Assembly: GCF_006345805.1 (NCBI RefSeq)
Contig: NW_021832588.1
Location: 1 to 59,478, forward strand
Direction of reading: 5' to 3'
Source of the DNA: Octopus sinensis
Lineage: Eukaryota
Length of the DNA: 59,478 bases
Made by a program: the position numbers and the translations under genes. A model generated the notes under the pieces. It searched no databases, had not been told where the DNA came from, and worked only from the letters and a program-made list of their open reading frames with translations. This document shows positions 1-12,936 of the stretch, piece after piece. Within the stretch, counting starts at the first letter, position 1; every line of letters begins with the position of its first letter.

Positions 1-597
1 AATCCTACGTTTCCTATACTGATGCGATTAAGTGATCAGCGAATTATAATGTTAGGAATATTGATTTATTTTGTAGCTCGTAGACGTAATTCATTTTTGT
101 CAGTTAGCACATGGTAATTGAAAGAAATCTTCGAAGTGCAATCTCTGTTACGCTACATCTAGTTTTAAAATTTTGCTGCAGCTATCTAAATTTCACAGTA
201 ACAGCAACCCAGGTATGACTTACCTTTTCAAAATCAGAACAATAGTTACTATATATTTGAGGCTTTCCATCGGACAGGTTCCAACATTTATTATTAAGCC
301 TCGGTAAAAATTTCTGTGTGTAAAACTGGTTGTTTTCCATATATCTAAGTCCCAATTCTGTTGTGTCTGGGGAGAATCATTTTTTTTTTTTGCCTTATAA
401 TTTAACACACTTATTTCTTATTTTTATTTTCCTAAAATTTTCATTGCGTCTTGCAACATTTTCAATCGTCAAGACTATTGAAATGGTTGCAAGAAGCAAC
501 GAAATAAGACTCTATTGTTTACGCCACAGTAGTTGTGTTAGGGAAATGATGTCGTATGGGCGCCGATTCATAAAGTGCTTTCACATACTTATGCAAA

Positions 598-631
<34 letters not shown>

Positions 632-775
632 TAATATTTAATATTTATACATGTAACTGAGTTTCGCCTGAGTGCCTGGGTTGGCGCAAGGTCCTGAACA
701 GATGCCGCAAACCATCCAACACAGCATTCTATTAGTTGTGTAGCACCAATCTGCTACCCTGCCCTGGGTTCTTAC

Positions 776-855
776 ATTTTTATTGACTCCAGACTATTGG
801 AAGATGAACTGACCACGGTCGGATTTGAGATCCGATCGCAGAAACTCGAAGCAAA
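776..855 (-). mobile_element. Degenerate fragment related to SINE family B
   Basis: TTTATTGACTCCAGACTATTGG...GACCACGGTCGGATTTGAGATC loosely matches family B antisense TTTATCGACCCCGAAAGG...GACCTCGGCGGAATTTGAACTC. Confidence 0.3.
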
Positions 856-978
856 TATGACTTTCAAATTTTAGCACGGAGCCAATTCAGAACAAATACT
901 GTGTGTGTCTGTGTGGTGTGTGCTTTGTAATGTGTATGTGTGTGTATATGTTTTGTAATGTGTCTATGTATATGTGTG

Positions 979-1016
<38 letters not shown>

Positions 1017-1123
1017 GCAGTGCATTTTATCCAAAGCTTTATCAATTCTGTTACATTAACTTTGGAAATTCCACATCGTCATCAATTCTTGTTTAGAGTA
1101 TAATATATACTTCAGTTGCTGCT

Positions 1124-1332
1124 GAGACCACCTTCGGTCATGACTGACCATGGGATTGCTTCTAGAAAGTTACCCTCCCAGGCACAAGTCCGGGCAAGGT
1201 TGTTTACGGAAGACCAGCAGTCGCCCATGCATACCGGCCTGCCCTCTCCACGCCACCAGTGTTATCCAAGGGAAAGGCAAAGGCCGATATAGCTTGGCAC
1301 CTGTGACGTCGCAACTCATTTCTACAGCTGAG
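1124..1332 (-). mobile_element. SINE family C (tRNA-headed CORE-type), 5'-truncated copy
   Basis: Reverse complement of the 3' two-thirds of the copy at 4394-4735. Confidence 0.85.
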
Positions 1333-2014
1333 GGAACTGTACAAAGAGCTAAAACCTGTATTGGTGTACTTGACAACATATACGAAATGCTACAATTGCT
1401 ACATGCACAACCAAAGGAGCATATTTCAGCGGAATAGTGAAATATATTCAGAAATACTTTGTAAATATCGAATAATAAAATCTAAAACAGTGTTTCCTGA
1501 ATTTCATATCTCATATATACAAGCCCTCGCTTTTTAAGCATATCAGACCCATCCCTCTTATCTCTGCTCATCATACGTAGTGTGCCTCACCTCCTGTACG
1601 TTTGGGTCCATCGTTTCTTACCGGAACTGAATATTTTTGGAATTCTATCCTTGGCTATGGCTTACCTGAAAACATTGAGCACAAAATGTTCTACCTGAAA
1701 GGGTCTGCAAAGCTCAGAGGCACCGCCTCTTTTACTCTACTTATGAAAAAGATAAAAAAAAAACATACACATTAACGTTGGATCCGTAGAATATATGAAT
1801 CACAATTTAAAGTTATTTCTACGGATATTCTTAGAAAATCAGAGTCAGCACTAAATGTTATGACCTTTCGCATAGCTATACGTCTATGTAAATAACGCGG
1901 TCGTTGCCAGGAATGTGTTCATTATTTAAAATTAGTATATCCAATCGTGCTACGCAGTTATATTTAGTTGCTCTTTAAGTAATATGTTTGTGGATGGTTA
2001 AATAGTTGCATGTT

Positions 2015-2549
2015 GTGCTGAAGAATGCTTAGCGGTATTTCGTTCAAATTCCGCCGAGGTCAACTTTGCCTTTCATCCTTTCCGGGTCGATTAAATAAGT
2101 ACCAGTTACGCACTAGGGTCGATGTAATCGGCTTAATCCGTTTGTCTCTCCTTGTTTGTCCCCTCTGTGTTTAGCCCCTTGTGGGTAGTAAAGAAATAGG
2201 TATTTCGTCTGCCGTTACGTTCTGAGTTCACATTCCGCCGAGGTCGACTTTGCCTTTCTCCTTTCGGGGTCGATTAAATAAGTACCAGTTACGCACTAGG
2301 GTCTATGTAATCGGCTTAATCCGTGTGTCTGTCCTTGTTGGTTTCCTCTGTGTTTAGCCCATTGTGGGTAGTAAAGAAATAGGTATTTCGTCTGCCGTTA
2401 CGTTCTGAGTTCAAATTTCGCCGAGGTCGACTTTGCCTTTCATCCTTTCGGGGTCGATAAATTAAGTAGCAGTTGCGAACTGGTGTCGATCTAATCGACT
2501 GGCCCTTCTCCCCTAAAATTTCGAGCCTTGTGCCTAGAGAAGAAAAGAC
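2015..2549 (+). mobile_element. SINE family B, trimeric array (~183-bp units)
   Basis: B box GAGTTCAAATTCC and body CTTTGCCTTTCATCCTTTCGGGGTCGAT three times; junctions AAATAG|GTATTTCG at 2200 and 2383; terminal tail CCTTGTGCCTAGAG. Confidence 0.9.
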
Positions 2550-2619
2550 ATTTCAAGGACGGTGCCGCAGCATAACTACAGACTAATGAGTGAAACACGC
2601 AAACGATAAAATAAAATAT

Positions 2620-2640
2620 ACATACATATATATAATATAT

Positions 2641-2697
<57 letters not shown>

Positions 2698-3306
2698 ATA
2701 TATATATACTTGGGCGTGTATGTGAGTGTGTGCTCTGTATATATGTGTGTGTGTGTGTGTGTGTGGTGTGTGTGCAATCTTTGTCTTGGAACTGCCCAAG
2801 TAGATCACCATTTGTTACCTTGAGGGAGAAATGTCGACATTTTCAGTATTGTTCAGTTCTTGACGATGCTGTGATTTCAGTTACTCAGTTATCTTCCCTT
2901 CCTCCCCCCCCACCATTGCTCTCCACTTCCTCCTACTCACGCTTCTCGTCAAAGCTCTGACAGTTATTAAAAAGAAAGAAGAGAAAAAAGAAGACAGGAG
3001 TTTCCTAAACGATTTCTGAGCCTGTGTGTTTTGTTTTGTATTTTTTTTTAAATAACGTTATATTTTTGTTTTACTGTTTTCTTTTTTTTTTTTCCTTTCT
3101 CTTTCTTTTTTTCTCTTTTTTTACTCCGAGAATTTGGGTTTGTGTGTATATTTGTGTGCCGTTGTGTAATAGTGTGTATATGCTTGGCAGATTTTATTCT
3201 TTTGTATGTATGTATGTATGTATGTATGTATGTATGTATGTATGTATGTATGTATGTATGTATGAATGTATGACTAATGTGTGCGGCGTGGGGGTCAGTA
3301 TGTATG

Positions 3307-3353
<47 letters not shown>

Positions 3354-3498
3354 TATACACACACACACATATATATATATAATGATCTATGGTATGTACG
3401 TACGTGTATCAGAATGCACACGTATTTATTATATGTCCTTACATACATGAATGATATGTGTGTATACATATCGATACATATACATACACATATACATA

Positions 3499-3532
<34 letters not shown>

Positions 3533-3538
3533 CGTATG

Positions 3539-3570
<32 letters not shown>

Positions 3571-3699
3571 ATATATTATATAGTCTACTTGTCTATATGT
3601 GTGCTTATGTATGTATTGGCATGCGTGTATTTGTGTGGAGATGCGTGTGCGTATGTGCGCGCGCATGTGCTTGTGTGTGTCTGAGTGTGTGCATGTGTA

Positions 3700-3752
<53 letters not shown>

Positions 3753-3760
3753 ATCCTTTA
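2620..3760. repeat. Compound microsatellite cluster (TA)n/(TG)n/(TATG)n
   Basis: Directly visible simple repeats with short unique spacers. Confidence 0.9.
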
Positions 3761-3915
3761 CTTTATTTCTTAAAGCTCTAAACAACTCTTCACTTTCTTC
3801 TAACAGCAACTTCCGTAAAACAGAGATTTGCTCTTTCATTTGCTCTCCTTCTTCATTTCTATAATTCTCTTTACTTCTTCTTCACCCTTTATCTAGTCTT
3901 TGTTCTCTCTCCCTT

Positions 3916-3947
<32 letters not shown>

Positions 3948-4393
3948 CTTATTCATTCATTTCAATCACCTCACTCATACATTTCGTAAACAACTCCAAA
4001 GCCTCTCTCACCAACTCCCGTTCCAAAGCCCTTTCTCCTCCAACTCTTCCTCATCACTAACAGCAGCAGCAGCAGCAACAGCAACAGCAGCAGCAGCAGC
4101 AGCATCAACAACGGCGAAGTTGTTGCATTTCTTGAACTCATCTTCATCTCTATTGGAGTAGTCATAAATTTTATATTAATATTTCACACCAACAACTGTC
4201 ATGACAGAAAAAAAAGTAATAACATCAGTGTGACTGTAATAATAGTCATAGCAATCCTCTTCTCCCCCTCCTCTTCATCATCGTTGTCCGTTGTCATCAT
4301 CATCACAATCACCAACATCCTCAGCATCTCCTAAACGTTTCCGGTGCTATCATTTCGTCAACATCATTCTATACTCATCATTGTAGTTGCCAT

Positions 4394-4735
4394 GTGAAGG
4401 CGCATGGCTCAGTGGTTAGTGCGTCGAGCTTACGATCGTGAGGTTGTGAGTTCGAATCCTGGACCGGGCTGCGTGTTGTGTTCTTGAGCAAGATATCTTA
4501 TTTCACGTTGCTCCAGTTTACTCAGCTGTGGAAATGAGTTACAGTGTCACTGAGGCCAAGCTGTATCGGCCCCTTTGCCTTTCCGTTGGATAACACTGGT
4601 GGCGTGGAGAGGGGAGGCCAGTATGCTGGTCTTCCATAAAAACAACCTTGCCCGGACTTGTGCCTGGTGGGGGGGACGGTAATTTTCTAGGTGCATTCCC
4701 ATAGTCAGTCATGAACGAAGGTGGTCTCCGCTCTC
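4394..4735 (+). mobile_element. SINE family C, full-length (tRNA-Arg-like head + CORE-like domain; OR1/OR2-type)
   Basis: A box TGGCTCAGTGG, B box GAGTTCGAATCC, CORE-like GTTCTTGAGCAAGA; 9-bp TSD AGTTGCCAT at 4385-4393 and 4736-4744. Confidence 0.88.
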
Positions 4736-4784
4736 AGTTGCCATCTCAGATCATCATCATAGTCATCATGGTCATCATATTACT

Positions 4785-4825
<41 letters not shown>

Positions 4826-4826
4826 T

Positions 4827-4859
<33 letters not shown>

Positions 4860-4867
4860 TACCACGA

Positions 4868-5312
4868 CAGAGTTTGAACTCAGAGCACAAAGTGCTAGGA
4901 GTAAATATTGCTGGGTCTTTTTTGTCCGATGTGCTAACGGTCCTGCCAGCCAGTCGCCTTCATTACTCTTATTATGACGATTAAAACTGATTTCAAATTT
5001 TGGCACAAGACAAATATGTTCGCAGAGAAGGGCCAGTCGGCGGAATTTGAACTCAGAACGTAACGGCAGACGAAATACTTATTTCTTTACTACCCACAAG
5101 GGGCAAAACACAGAGAGGACAAGCAAGGACAGACAAATGGATTAAGTCGATTATATCAACCCCAGTGCGTAACTGGTACTTATTTAATCGACCCTGAAAG
5201 GATGAAAGGCAAAGACGACCTCGGCGAAATTTGAACTCAGAACGTAGCGGCAGACGAAATAGCACTAAGCATCTCGCCCGGCGTGCTAACGATTCTGTTA
5301 TCTCGCCGCCTT
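4868..5312 (-). mobile_element. SINE family B: head fragment (4868-4970) plus internally deleted dimer (4995-5312)
   Basis: Antisense B box GAATTTGAACTC, head CTCGCCGCC at 5303-5311, unit junction at 5078/5079. Confidence 0.8.
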
Positions 5313-5319
5313 AATAATA

Positions 5320-5399
<80 letters not shown>

Positions 5400-5560
5400 C
5401 TTGATATGAGATCACCACGTCGCACACAAATGGTTGTGATGCATGTGCCTGGTGTACCCTTATCAGACGAGTAGTCATGATGGGTATACTGGGCTTCGTA
5501 TATTTTACCCCATTGTCAATTTGATGGCATGCACTGCTCTCTCACTCAATAATAATAATG

Positions 5561-5630
<70 letters not shown>

Positions 5631-5652
5631 TAATAATAATAATAATAATATT

Positions 5653-5714
<62 letters not shown>

Positions 5715-5731
5715 TAATAATAATAATAATA
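5313..5731. repeat. (TAA)n microsatellite split by a family G copy
   Basis: Pure TAA runs at 5313-5398 and 5548-5731. Confidence 0.95.
5398..5547 (+). mobile_element. Family G TAA-embedded element, truncated copy
   Basis: Matches one end of the 378-bp copy at 58724-59101; ends CTCTCTCACTC|AATAAT. Confidence 0.85.
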
Positions 5732-5946
5732 TTTCGTTCTGAATTTGGCACAGAGGCCAGGGATTTTGAAGGCAAGAGCAAGTGGATTACATGGATCTAA
5801 TTAATTAACCGATACTTTATTACATCGTCTCAAAAAGATGAACTGCAAAGTTGACCTCGGCAAGATTTGAACTCAGAAGTTTAAGACCGAAAAGAAATGT
5901 TGCTAAGCATTTTGTCTGACACATTAACGATTCTGCCAGTTCGCCA
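5731..5946 (-). mobile_element. SINE family B, diverged monomer
   Basis: GATTTGAACTCAGAAG, AAAGTTGACCTCGG, TGCTAAGCATTT, CTGCCAGTTCGCC. Confidence 0.75.
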
Positions 5947-6412
5947 ATAACAAGAACAGCAACAGAAGCAGCAGCAGCAGCAGTAGGGCGTGAGTGAAGG
6001 CGAGGTGGAGGAGGTGGGGACAGAACCAAAATAAAAATAACTGCTACACCGCCATTGCCACGGAGATATGCTGATACGTTTCTATCAAGACCAGCTGACG
6101 TATCTGTCCCAGCAGAGCAGATGGAATATTCTAGATGCGGAAGGTCGCCACTCGTTAACCCAAGTTTACACACTCACAACAATAGACTGATATGTTTAGC
6201 TCTCCTAAACACGTGTACCGTTCTCTGATGGAATACTTTAGCGAGATGTTCCCATGTCGGAAGCAAAGCGTCTTTATTTTTCTACACCATTCTTTCGTAT
6301 CTTACTCATCATGTTTGCATATGCTGCGGGTGAAGAAAAATATGTATGAGCGAGATATGGAAATACGGTAATAAGTTGTGTGTGTGTGTGTACATAAAAT
6401 ATATATAAGCTC

Positions 6413-6563
6413 AGACGTGGCTGTATGATAAGAAGCATGCTTGCCAACTACATGTTCCTGGTTGTCCCACTTTGTAAGTCTAATACTTATTCTAAGTTAC
6501 GGGGATGTAAACACACCAACACCGGTTGTCAGGTGATGGTGGTGAGATTAACACAGACACACA

Positions 6564-6604
<41 letters not shown>

Positions 6605-6636
6605 GACGGGCTTATTTCAGTTTCTGTCTACCAAAT
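6413..6636. mobile_element. SINE family A with internal inversion
   Basis: Sense head GTGGCTGTATGATAAGAAGC...GTCCCAC (6413-6470) joined to the antisense body CTTTGTAAG...GTCTACCAAAT (6470-6636). Confidence 0.7.
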
Positions 6637-6644
6637 GAAGTCAG

Positions 6645-6843
6645 AAGGTCCAAGATTTTTGGGGAGGGGGCCAGTCGATTAGATCGACCCAGTACACAAC
6701 TGGTACTTGATTTATCGACCCCGAAAGAATGAAAGGCAAAGTCAACACAGATGGGACAAACAAGGACAGACATAGGTATTAAGTCGAATGCATCGACGCC
6801 AGTGCGTAACTGGCGTGCTAACGTTTCTGCCAACTCGCCGCCT
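6645..6843 (-). mobile_element. SINE family B, deleted copy
   Basis: TTTATCGACCCCGAAAGAATGAAAGGCAAAGTC and head CTCGCCGCC. Confidence 0.75.
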
Positions 6844-7496
6844 TGTAAAACTAAATATATTTTAAAACGTAAAATGGTTTAAGTGGGATAATCTATTAGT
6901 TCAAAGCAATTTCCAGAAACAAAAATATTCCGAGTAATGAATTTTGAAACTTTCAAACGTTTACTATTTATACTTCTACACCGGTATTGGGTACTCTTTT
7001 CTTACCTTATTCTCATTCGCGTTTTCACTCACACATAAACACGCACATCAATATACACACACAAACACAGCAATACATATATGTACACACGTGTACACGT
7101 ATGTATTACTCATCATGGCATAGAAAAACATTGCAAATAGGCAGATAAAACCGATGTGAATGTAAAATAGAATCTGTTGAATTCTATACTACGAATATAT
7201 TATCTGAAATGTAAATAAAACATACCAAAGATTATATAAAAAGATTGAAATGGCATGCATATATATATTTTCGTTAATGGAATCCTCCGAAATTATACAG
7301 ATAATAAATTTAGAAAGTTCACCATTGCACCCAACTCTCTTAAAAATTGCAAGTCACCATGACGCATTATTTGACACGACACATTCGCTACGATGTAGAC
7401 AAAAAATACGTATAGCTGGCTATTATGCCGTAATTTTAGTAACTGGTCTAGAAAGGAAACCTAACATTATAATGGTATCACACAATAGACATAAAC

Positions 7497-8066
7497 ACAA
7501 GGGCAGAAATTTTATGGGAGTGGACTAGTCGATTACATCGACCCCGGTGTTCAACTAGTATTTATTTTATCGACCCCGAAAGAATGAAAGGCAAAGTCGA
7601 CCTCGGCGGAATTTGAACTCAGAACATAGCGACGGGTGAAATACCTATTTCCTTACTACCCACAAAGGGCTATACACAGAGGGGACAAACAAGGACAGAC
7701 AAACGAGTTAAGTCGATTATATCGACCCCACTGCGTAACTGGTACTTATTTAATCGACCTCGAAAGGATGAGAGGCAAAGTCGGCCTCGGCGGAATTTGA
7801 ACTCAGAACGCAACAGCAGACGAAATACCTATTTCTATTTCTTTACTACCCACAAGGGGCTACACACAGAAGGGAAAAACAAGGACAGACAAACGGATTA
7901 AGTCGGTTACATCGACCCCAGTACGTAACTGATACTTAATTTATCGACCCCGAAAGGATGAAAGGCAAAGTCGACCTCGGCAGAATTTGAACTCAGAACG
8001 TAACGGCAGACGAAATACGGCTACGCATTTCGCCCGGCGTGCTAACGTTTCTGCCAGCTTGCCGCC
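7497..8066 (-). mobile_element. SINE family B, trimeric array
   Basis: Three B-box/body units; junctions at 7644/7645 and 7828/7829; intact head ending GCCGCC at 8066. Confidence 0.9.
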
Positions 8067-8087
8067 TTAATGTCTAGCACTATAATA

Positions 8088-8292
8088 TTTTCTACTCTAG
8101 GCACAAGGCCTGAAATTTTTGGAGAAGGGGACCAGTCGATTAGGACAACTCCAGTACGTAACTGGTACTTATATTATCGACCCCGAAAGGATTAAAGGCA
8201 AAGTCGACCTCGGCGAAATTTGAACTCAGAACATAGGGACAGGCGAAATACCACTAAGCGAAATACGCTAATGGTTCTGCCAGCTCGCCGCC
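8088..8292 (-). mobile_element. SINE family B, monomer with 21-bp flanking direct repeat
   Basis: Flanks TTAATGTCTAGCACTATAATA (8067-8087) and TTAAAATCCAGCACTGTAATA (8293-8313), 17/21 identical. Confidence 0.85.
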
Positions 8293-8487
8293 TTAAAATC
8301 CAGCACTGTAATACTGCAGTTAAGAACCTAGCTTTGCGATCGCATAGATTCCGATTCAGTTTCAATGCACGGCACCTTGAGCAAATGTGTGTGCCTTTAA
8401 CTATAGTTTCCTGCCGGCCAATACCGTTTGAGTGAATTTGCTAATAGGAAACAGAGTGAAAGCCTGTCAGAAATATATATATATGTG

Positions 8488-8870
8488 AAAGCGCATGGCT
8501 TGCTGGTTAGGGTGTTGCACACACGATCGCGAGTTTGTAGTTTCGATTCCCAAACCGGGCGTTGTGTTGTTCTCTTGCGTAAAGCGCTTCACTTATATAT
8601 GCGCGCGCGTGTGCATGTCTATTTCTTTGTATTTGTGTTTGTTTCCCATCAAAGTTCTACTATCGGTGTTGGTTTGTCTGCCTCCCCTTAAACTACTAGC
8701 TCGGCAGAAGTTACCTGTTTGTATCTTTTTGCTAGAGTTATAAAGTGAAAATGAGTCGAGAAAATGAGTACCTGTTGAGTACTGGGGTCGATATAATCGT
8801 CTATTCCTCGCCTTCAAATTTCATGTCCTGTGCCTATAATAGAAAGGGTTATTAATGTTGTAAATGTATA
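8488..8870 (+). mobile_element. Degenerate composite SINE (C-like head, A-like middle, B-like tail)
   Basis: GCGCATGGCTTGCTGGTTAG head, GTTTCGATTCCC B box, TACTGGGGTCGATATAATCG and TGTGCCTATAATAGAAAGG tail. Confidence 0.5.
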
Positions 8871-10227
8871 ACTTTAATTTTGCTGATCCTTTCCTTCGAA
8901 AGCTTTTCCGAACCATGGCCGCCATGGTCAACACGCTCTAAATCGTATGGTCTGAACCAGCAACAATATTCAATTCTATTTCTGGCAGATCTATCCGCTA
9001 GAAATAGCTACCAAATCTCCCTCAAATCTACCCTCATTTTCTTGTGAAGAAATAGAACGATTAATCGGAGAAAAACAGTCCCCGTGGAAGGACGGAATGA
9101 TCAAGGCTGGTCTCAGGCTGAAGCACGGCAACAGAAATAATATTACTTCTACAAAGAGAAACAGAACGAGAGAGAAAGAAAGAGGAAGACAAACAGAGAA
9201 AGAGATAGAGAGGAAGAGAGAGGAAGTGCTAACATCTATTTATGATGGAATTCATTACAATCTAAAAAGTTTGTTGCTATTGCTGAGGTTATGTCATCAA
9301 CTATGTCCAACCTTGTTTAATATATATTCTTATGACAGCAAGTAATGTGTATTTTGTAACTTTTCAGCGGTTCTAAATCCTTTAGGAAATTAGCTTGAAA
9401 TTTTGTATTCTCCTCGACTACTCTGCTACCCTTAACTTTTTCTATAGATCCCCGGTATAGTTTCTTCCTTATTTGACAGCCTGTCTTTTCTGGCCGGCCC
9501 TTTTTAAATAGTTCCTCTCTTTTCAATCTGGTTTTGACATCTCTTTAATCATTTTGAAGTGTTGGGTGGAGAAAATAACGCATAAAGGGTCCCAATACTC
9601 TTTAACAACACAGAGACACACATATTTATACATACATACATACATACATACATACAAACAAACAAACATACATACATATACACATATATATATATATGAG
9701 AGAACAAAATATAATTAGAAAACCAACATTAAAAAATATGAAGCTCGTGAAGTCATTTTAGCAATATATTTATGAATCATGTAAGCTATTTTCGTAAGAT
9801 GCTGAATCAATAGAAATTTATAGTATGGGGCTGTTGTGAACCAAGATGTAAGAGTTGTGTCTTACTAAAACAAACAGCCCCGTTTCATTTCATCGTTGAT
9901 GTAGTGTCACGTCACTGATATCGTTAACATTTTTCGTAGAAATGCCGGAAATTCACGATTGTCTACTTAGTATATGTTTCCCTTAAAGTATTACCCATTA
10001 AAAATAAGTCCTTATGAGTTTATTAAAATCTACTATACGCCATAAAAATTCAGAATTAATTAATGCATATCAGTGAGCAGAGCTCGCGAATAAATAAATG
10101 CATTAAAATTCTCTGCATGTAGCTTCTGAGTTTAAATTCCTTCGGCTTAACTATAAAATCAAATTTTCCATGATATTCAAATGGTAACCTGGAGAAATCC
10201 CTACTTAGGAAACAACAACTCCCTGTG

Positions 10228-10425
10228 GAGGTGCAATGGCCTAGTGGTTAAGGCAGCGGACTCGCCGTCGTAAGAACACGGTTTCGATTCCCAGACCGAG
10301 CATTGTAAGTGTTTATTGAGCAAAAACATCTGAGCTTCACGAGGCTCCAGCGGGGGGGGGGGGGGAAACCCCGCTGTACTCTTTCACCACAACTTTCTCT
10401 CACCCTTACTTCTTACTTCTGTCAC
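10228..10425 (+). mobile_element. SINE family F, 5' half
   Basis: Matches the head and middle of 30153-30540 (GGAGGTGCAATGGCCTAGTGG, GGTTTCGATTCCCAGACC, GCTGTACTCTTTCACCACAAC). Confidence 0.8.
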
Positions 10426-10706
10426 AAAGTAGAGGAACCATGGTGTAACCCACTATGGTGTGGTAAACTTTCAGACCCTAGTCTAGATTGCGAATCCTCT
10501 GTACCCTAGGATGGTTCAGCTCTCCACCCGTTAAAAGCCACCGTTTACGGAATGAGGATAACACACGTAGCTTTCGCGCCCGTGCAACAACCGCCAGTCT
10601 ATCGCGTGTGGTGGGTGGAACTTCAAGTTGCCACACGCATTCTTAGTAGCTTAGAGTAGGCTCGAATTAGAGATTATTGTTAGTGGCTAATGGCGTGAGT
10701 CTTGCT

Positions 10707-10810
10707 TGGAAGAAGAAGAAGAAGAAGAAGAAGAAGAAGAAGAAGAAGAAGAAGAGAAGAAGAAGAAGAAGAAGAAGAAGAAGAAGAAGAAGAAAAAGAA
10801 GAAGAAGACA
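10707..10810. repeat. (GAA)n microsatellite
   Basis: Directly visible. Confidence 0.95.
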
Positions 10811-11665
10811 ACAACTCCCCACTTAAGTCGGTTATAATGTCCTAAAATAAAAATTAAAAGACTACCCCGAAATGGAGCTATTAATATAAACACAGCGTAG
10901 GTCAATAGTAGCTAAAACGTATCTAAAGTACCTAAGTTATAAATATTATATGAATGTCGATGAAATTGACCAAAGCGACTTTTTGTGTTATTGCTTTTGA
11001 TAAGATCTAATACGCCTCCCCGTTTGATATCACCACATGGCTTGCTTACGTGGACTTACTCTGGTGAAATTATTCATAACAAGTCTCTGATTTTCTCTTC
11101 ACCAAGTACCTCCCAAAATATATTGGCTAAAACAGGCAACTTATGGACATTAGCACGGAATCTTTTTTTGCGGGTTAGAAATCAGCTACGTCACAATCTC
11201 ACTTGGCTGCAAATGTCATGATCACTACCTATCCTCTTCCGAATAGTAAAAGCGAAAATACTAATTTCTTGTACTTAATAATGAAGAGAAATCGTGAAAT
11301 GGACTATTAGAAAGAACCGATAATTTATCGTATCTTATACAAGAAAATACGAACTGAGAATGCATTCGACAAAAAAGTCATGATGATGATCGATTCAATA
11401 TATCTTAGTATGTTAGCTGAATTGTCACGAACTCGTAGTCCATATTAGAATTTGTACAGAGGTCAAGATAAAATGCATGGGAAATTCTCAAGAGAATAAT
11501 AGATTGTTTGGTCAATAAGTTAAAACACGATTAGATCACGAATCAGATGACTTTTCGTTTCAACATGGATAAAGTAATAAAGTAGTTACTTCTTACTAAG
11601 GCCAGCAGCTAAGGAAACAAGGCTATGCAATCTGAATTGATAGTTTCAAGTGTAATTTTAATACA

Positions 11666-12081
11666 TACTAGCAGTACAGCCCAGCATTGCTCGGGTTTGT
11701 TTTCTTTTCGACGCTTTAGAATTGGAATTTTTGAAAAGTAAAAATTTTACATTATGTAGCTTGTTATTCTCTTTAAGTGAACAATTTTCTGGTTGAAATA
11801 CACAGAAAAATGGCGACACAGCAGTAAAAAATTCGTAAAAAATAGGGATTTTCATAGAAAAAAAGCACCTTTTGATGTAAATAATTTTTGGTCGTAACAT
11901 GGTCCGATTTGAAGTTTTTCTTCTATGGAATGAAGAGCAAACCTTCTTCTATCATACTCTCAATTTTGGTCAACTTGCGTCGCAAGTTCTCGGAGGAGAT
12001 AGTGCTAGTTGAAGGTTACCAAACCTGCCACACACAAACACACACACACGCACAGACAACTTCAGCTTTATATATATAGAT
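11666..12081 (+). mobile_element. Non-autonomous Helitron/Helentron (DINE-like) element
   Basis: Starts TACTAGC plus hairpin CCCAGC-ATT-GCTCGGG; ends (CA)n...CAGACAACTTCAGCTTTATATATATAGAT, the terminal layout typical of this class. Confidence 0.65.
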
Positions 12082-12859
12082 TATGTGGAATCCAGCCATG
12101 TTGGTGGTGAAGTCGTGAGAAATCGAAAGCGAAAATCGACACTACAAATATCCCACAGTCGTGGGAGTGGGAAATGAAAAGGAAATGCTTCAAACCATTT
12201 AGTTCATTACTTTGGTATTTTTAGCACTTTCCCCATCTTCGTGACAATTAATTATACCAATTGTTTCTTTTCGAACGTAGAAATATTTCTGAAGACTCCA
12301 CCCGACATAAAGCGTTTAGAAAAAACCTCAACAAGCAAGAATTCTAAGAAAAAAAAAGGTAAAACTATTACTAATTACTCAAATTCTAGTAATAGCTTAA
12401 CACCATTAATTTGGTGAATTCTCGAAGAAATATGTATCACACACAAAAGCCAAAAAAATAAAAATAAACAGGTAGGCAACTATTTCACAAAAGGTACACG
12501 CCAAAATGGTGAAGGTACAAGAGAAGGATCAACTGAAGCTGAAGTTAAGATAGATTGAGTTTGGACGTTTTGTGTAAATTATAGAAGTGAGGGCCACCTG
12601 TATTTATATCTCCAAATAATTGAAGTTGCTAAAGCGGATGAGCGGAAATGATGAATGTGAAGGGATTTTACATATGGAGTAACAAGAATTGATTAATGCG
12701 TAAGGAAACTGTGAAGAAGTGAGTAGAACAGATAAAAAAACAAAACATGAATAAAAAGCATAGAAAAGAAAAAAAACAGTATACTGTATGTTTTTCGTAT
12801 ATGTGTGTGTGTATGAGTGTATGTGTGTGTATGTGTAGCACAAGGATATAACGAGAAAA

Positions 12860-12860
12860 G

Positions 12861-12902
<42 letters not shown>

Positions 12903-12905
12903 CAC

Positions 12906-12936
<31 letters not shown>

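Noticed and set aside
2200-2383. Family B unit as a retrozyme monomer
   Set aside because: No CUGANGA/GAAA core on either strand; no other ribozyme recognised by eye.
4394-4470. tRNA-like sequences here and at 10228, 28426, 30153, 35141
   Set aside because: A and B boxes are present but there is no complete cloverleaf or acceptor stem, and they run into SINE bodies; SINE heads, not tRNA genes.
7497-8292. Regularly spaced repeats resembling a CRISPR array
   Set aside because: Whole ~183-bp units repeat with no unique spacers; tRNA-derived SINE sequence, eukaryotic context, no cas genes.
8985-9140. Recurrent degenerate pieces (TAGAAATAGC..CCAAATCT; CTGGAATGCCTTTGATCATAGG) also near 16930, 30840 and 38770
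   Set aside because: Probably an old SINE tail family, but too decayed to define boundaries or orientation reliably.
9317-9526. 69-aa minus-strand ORF MKREELFKKGRPEK...
   Set aside because: No recognisable family, no convincing splice pair, and a length expected by chance.
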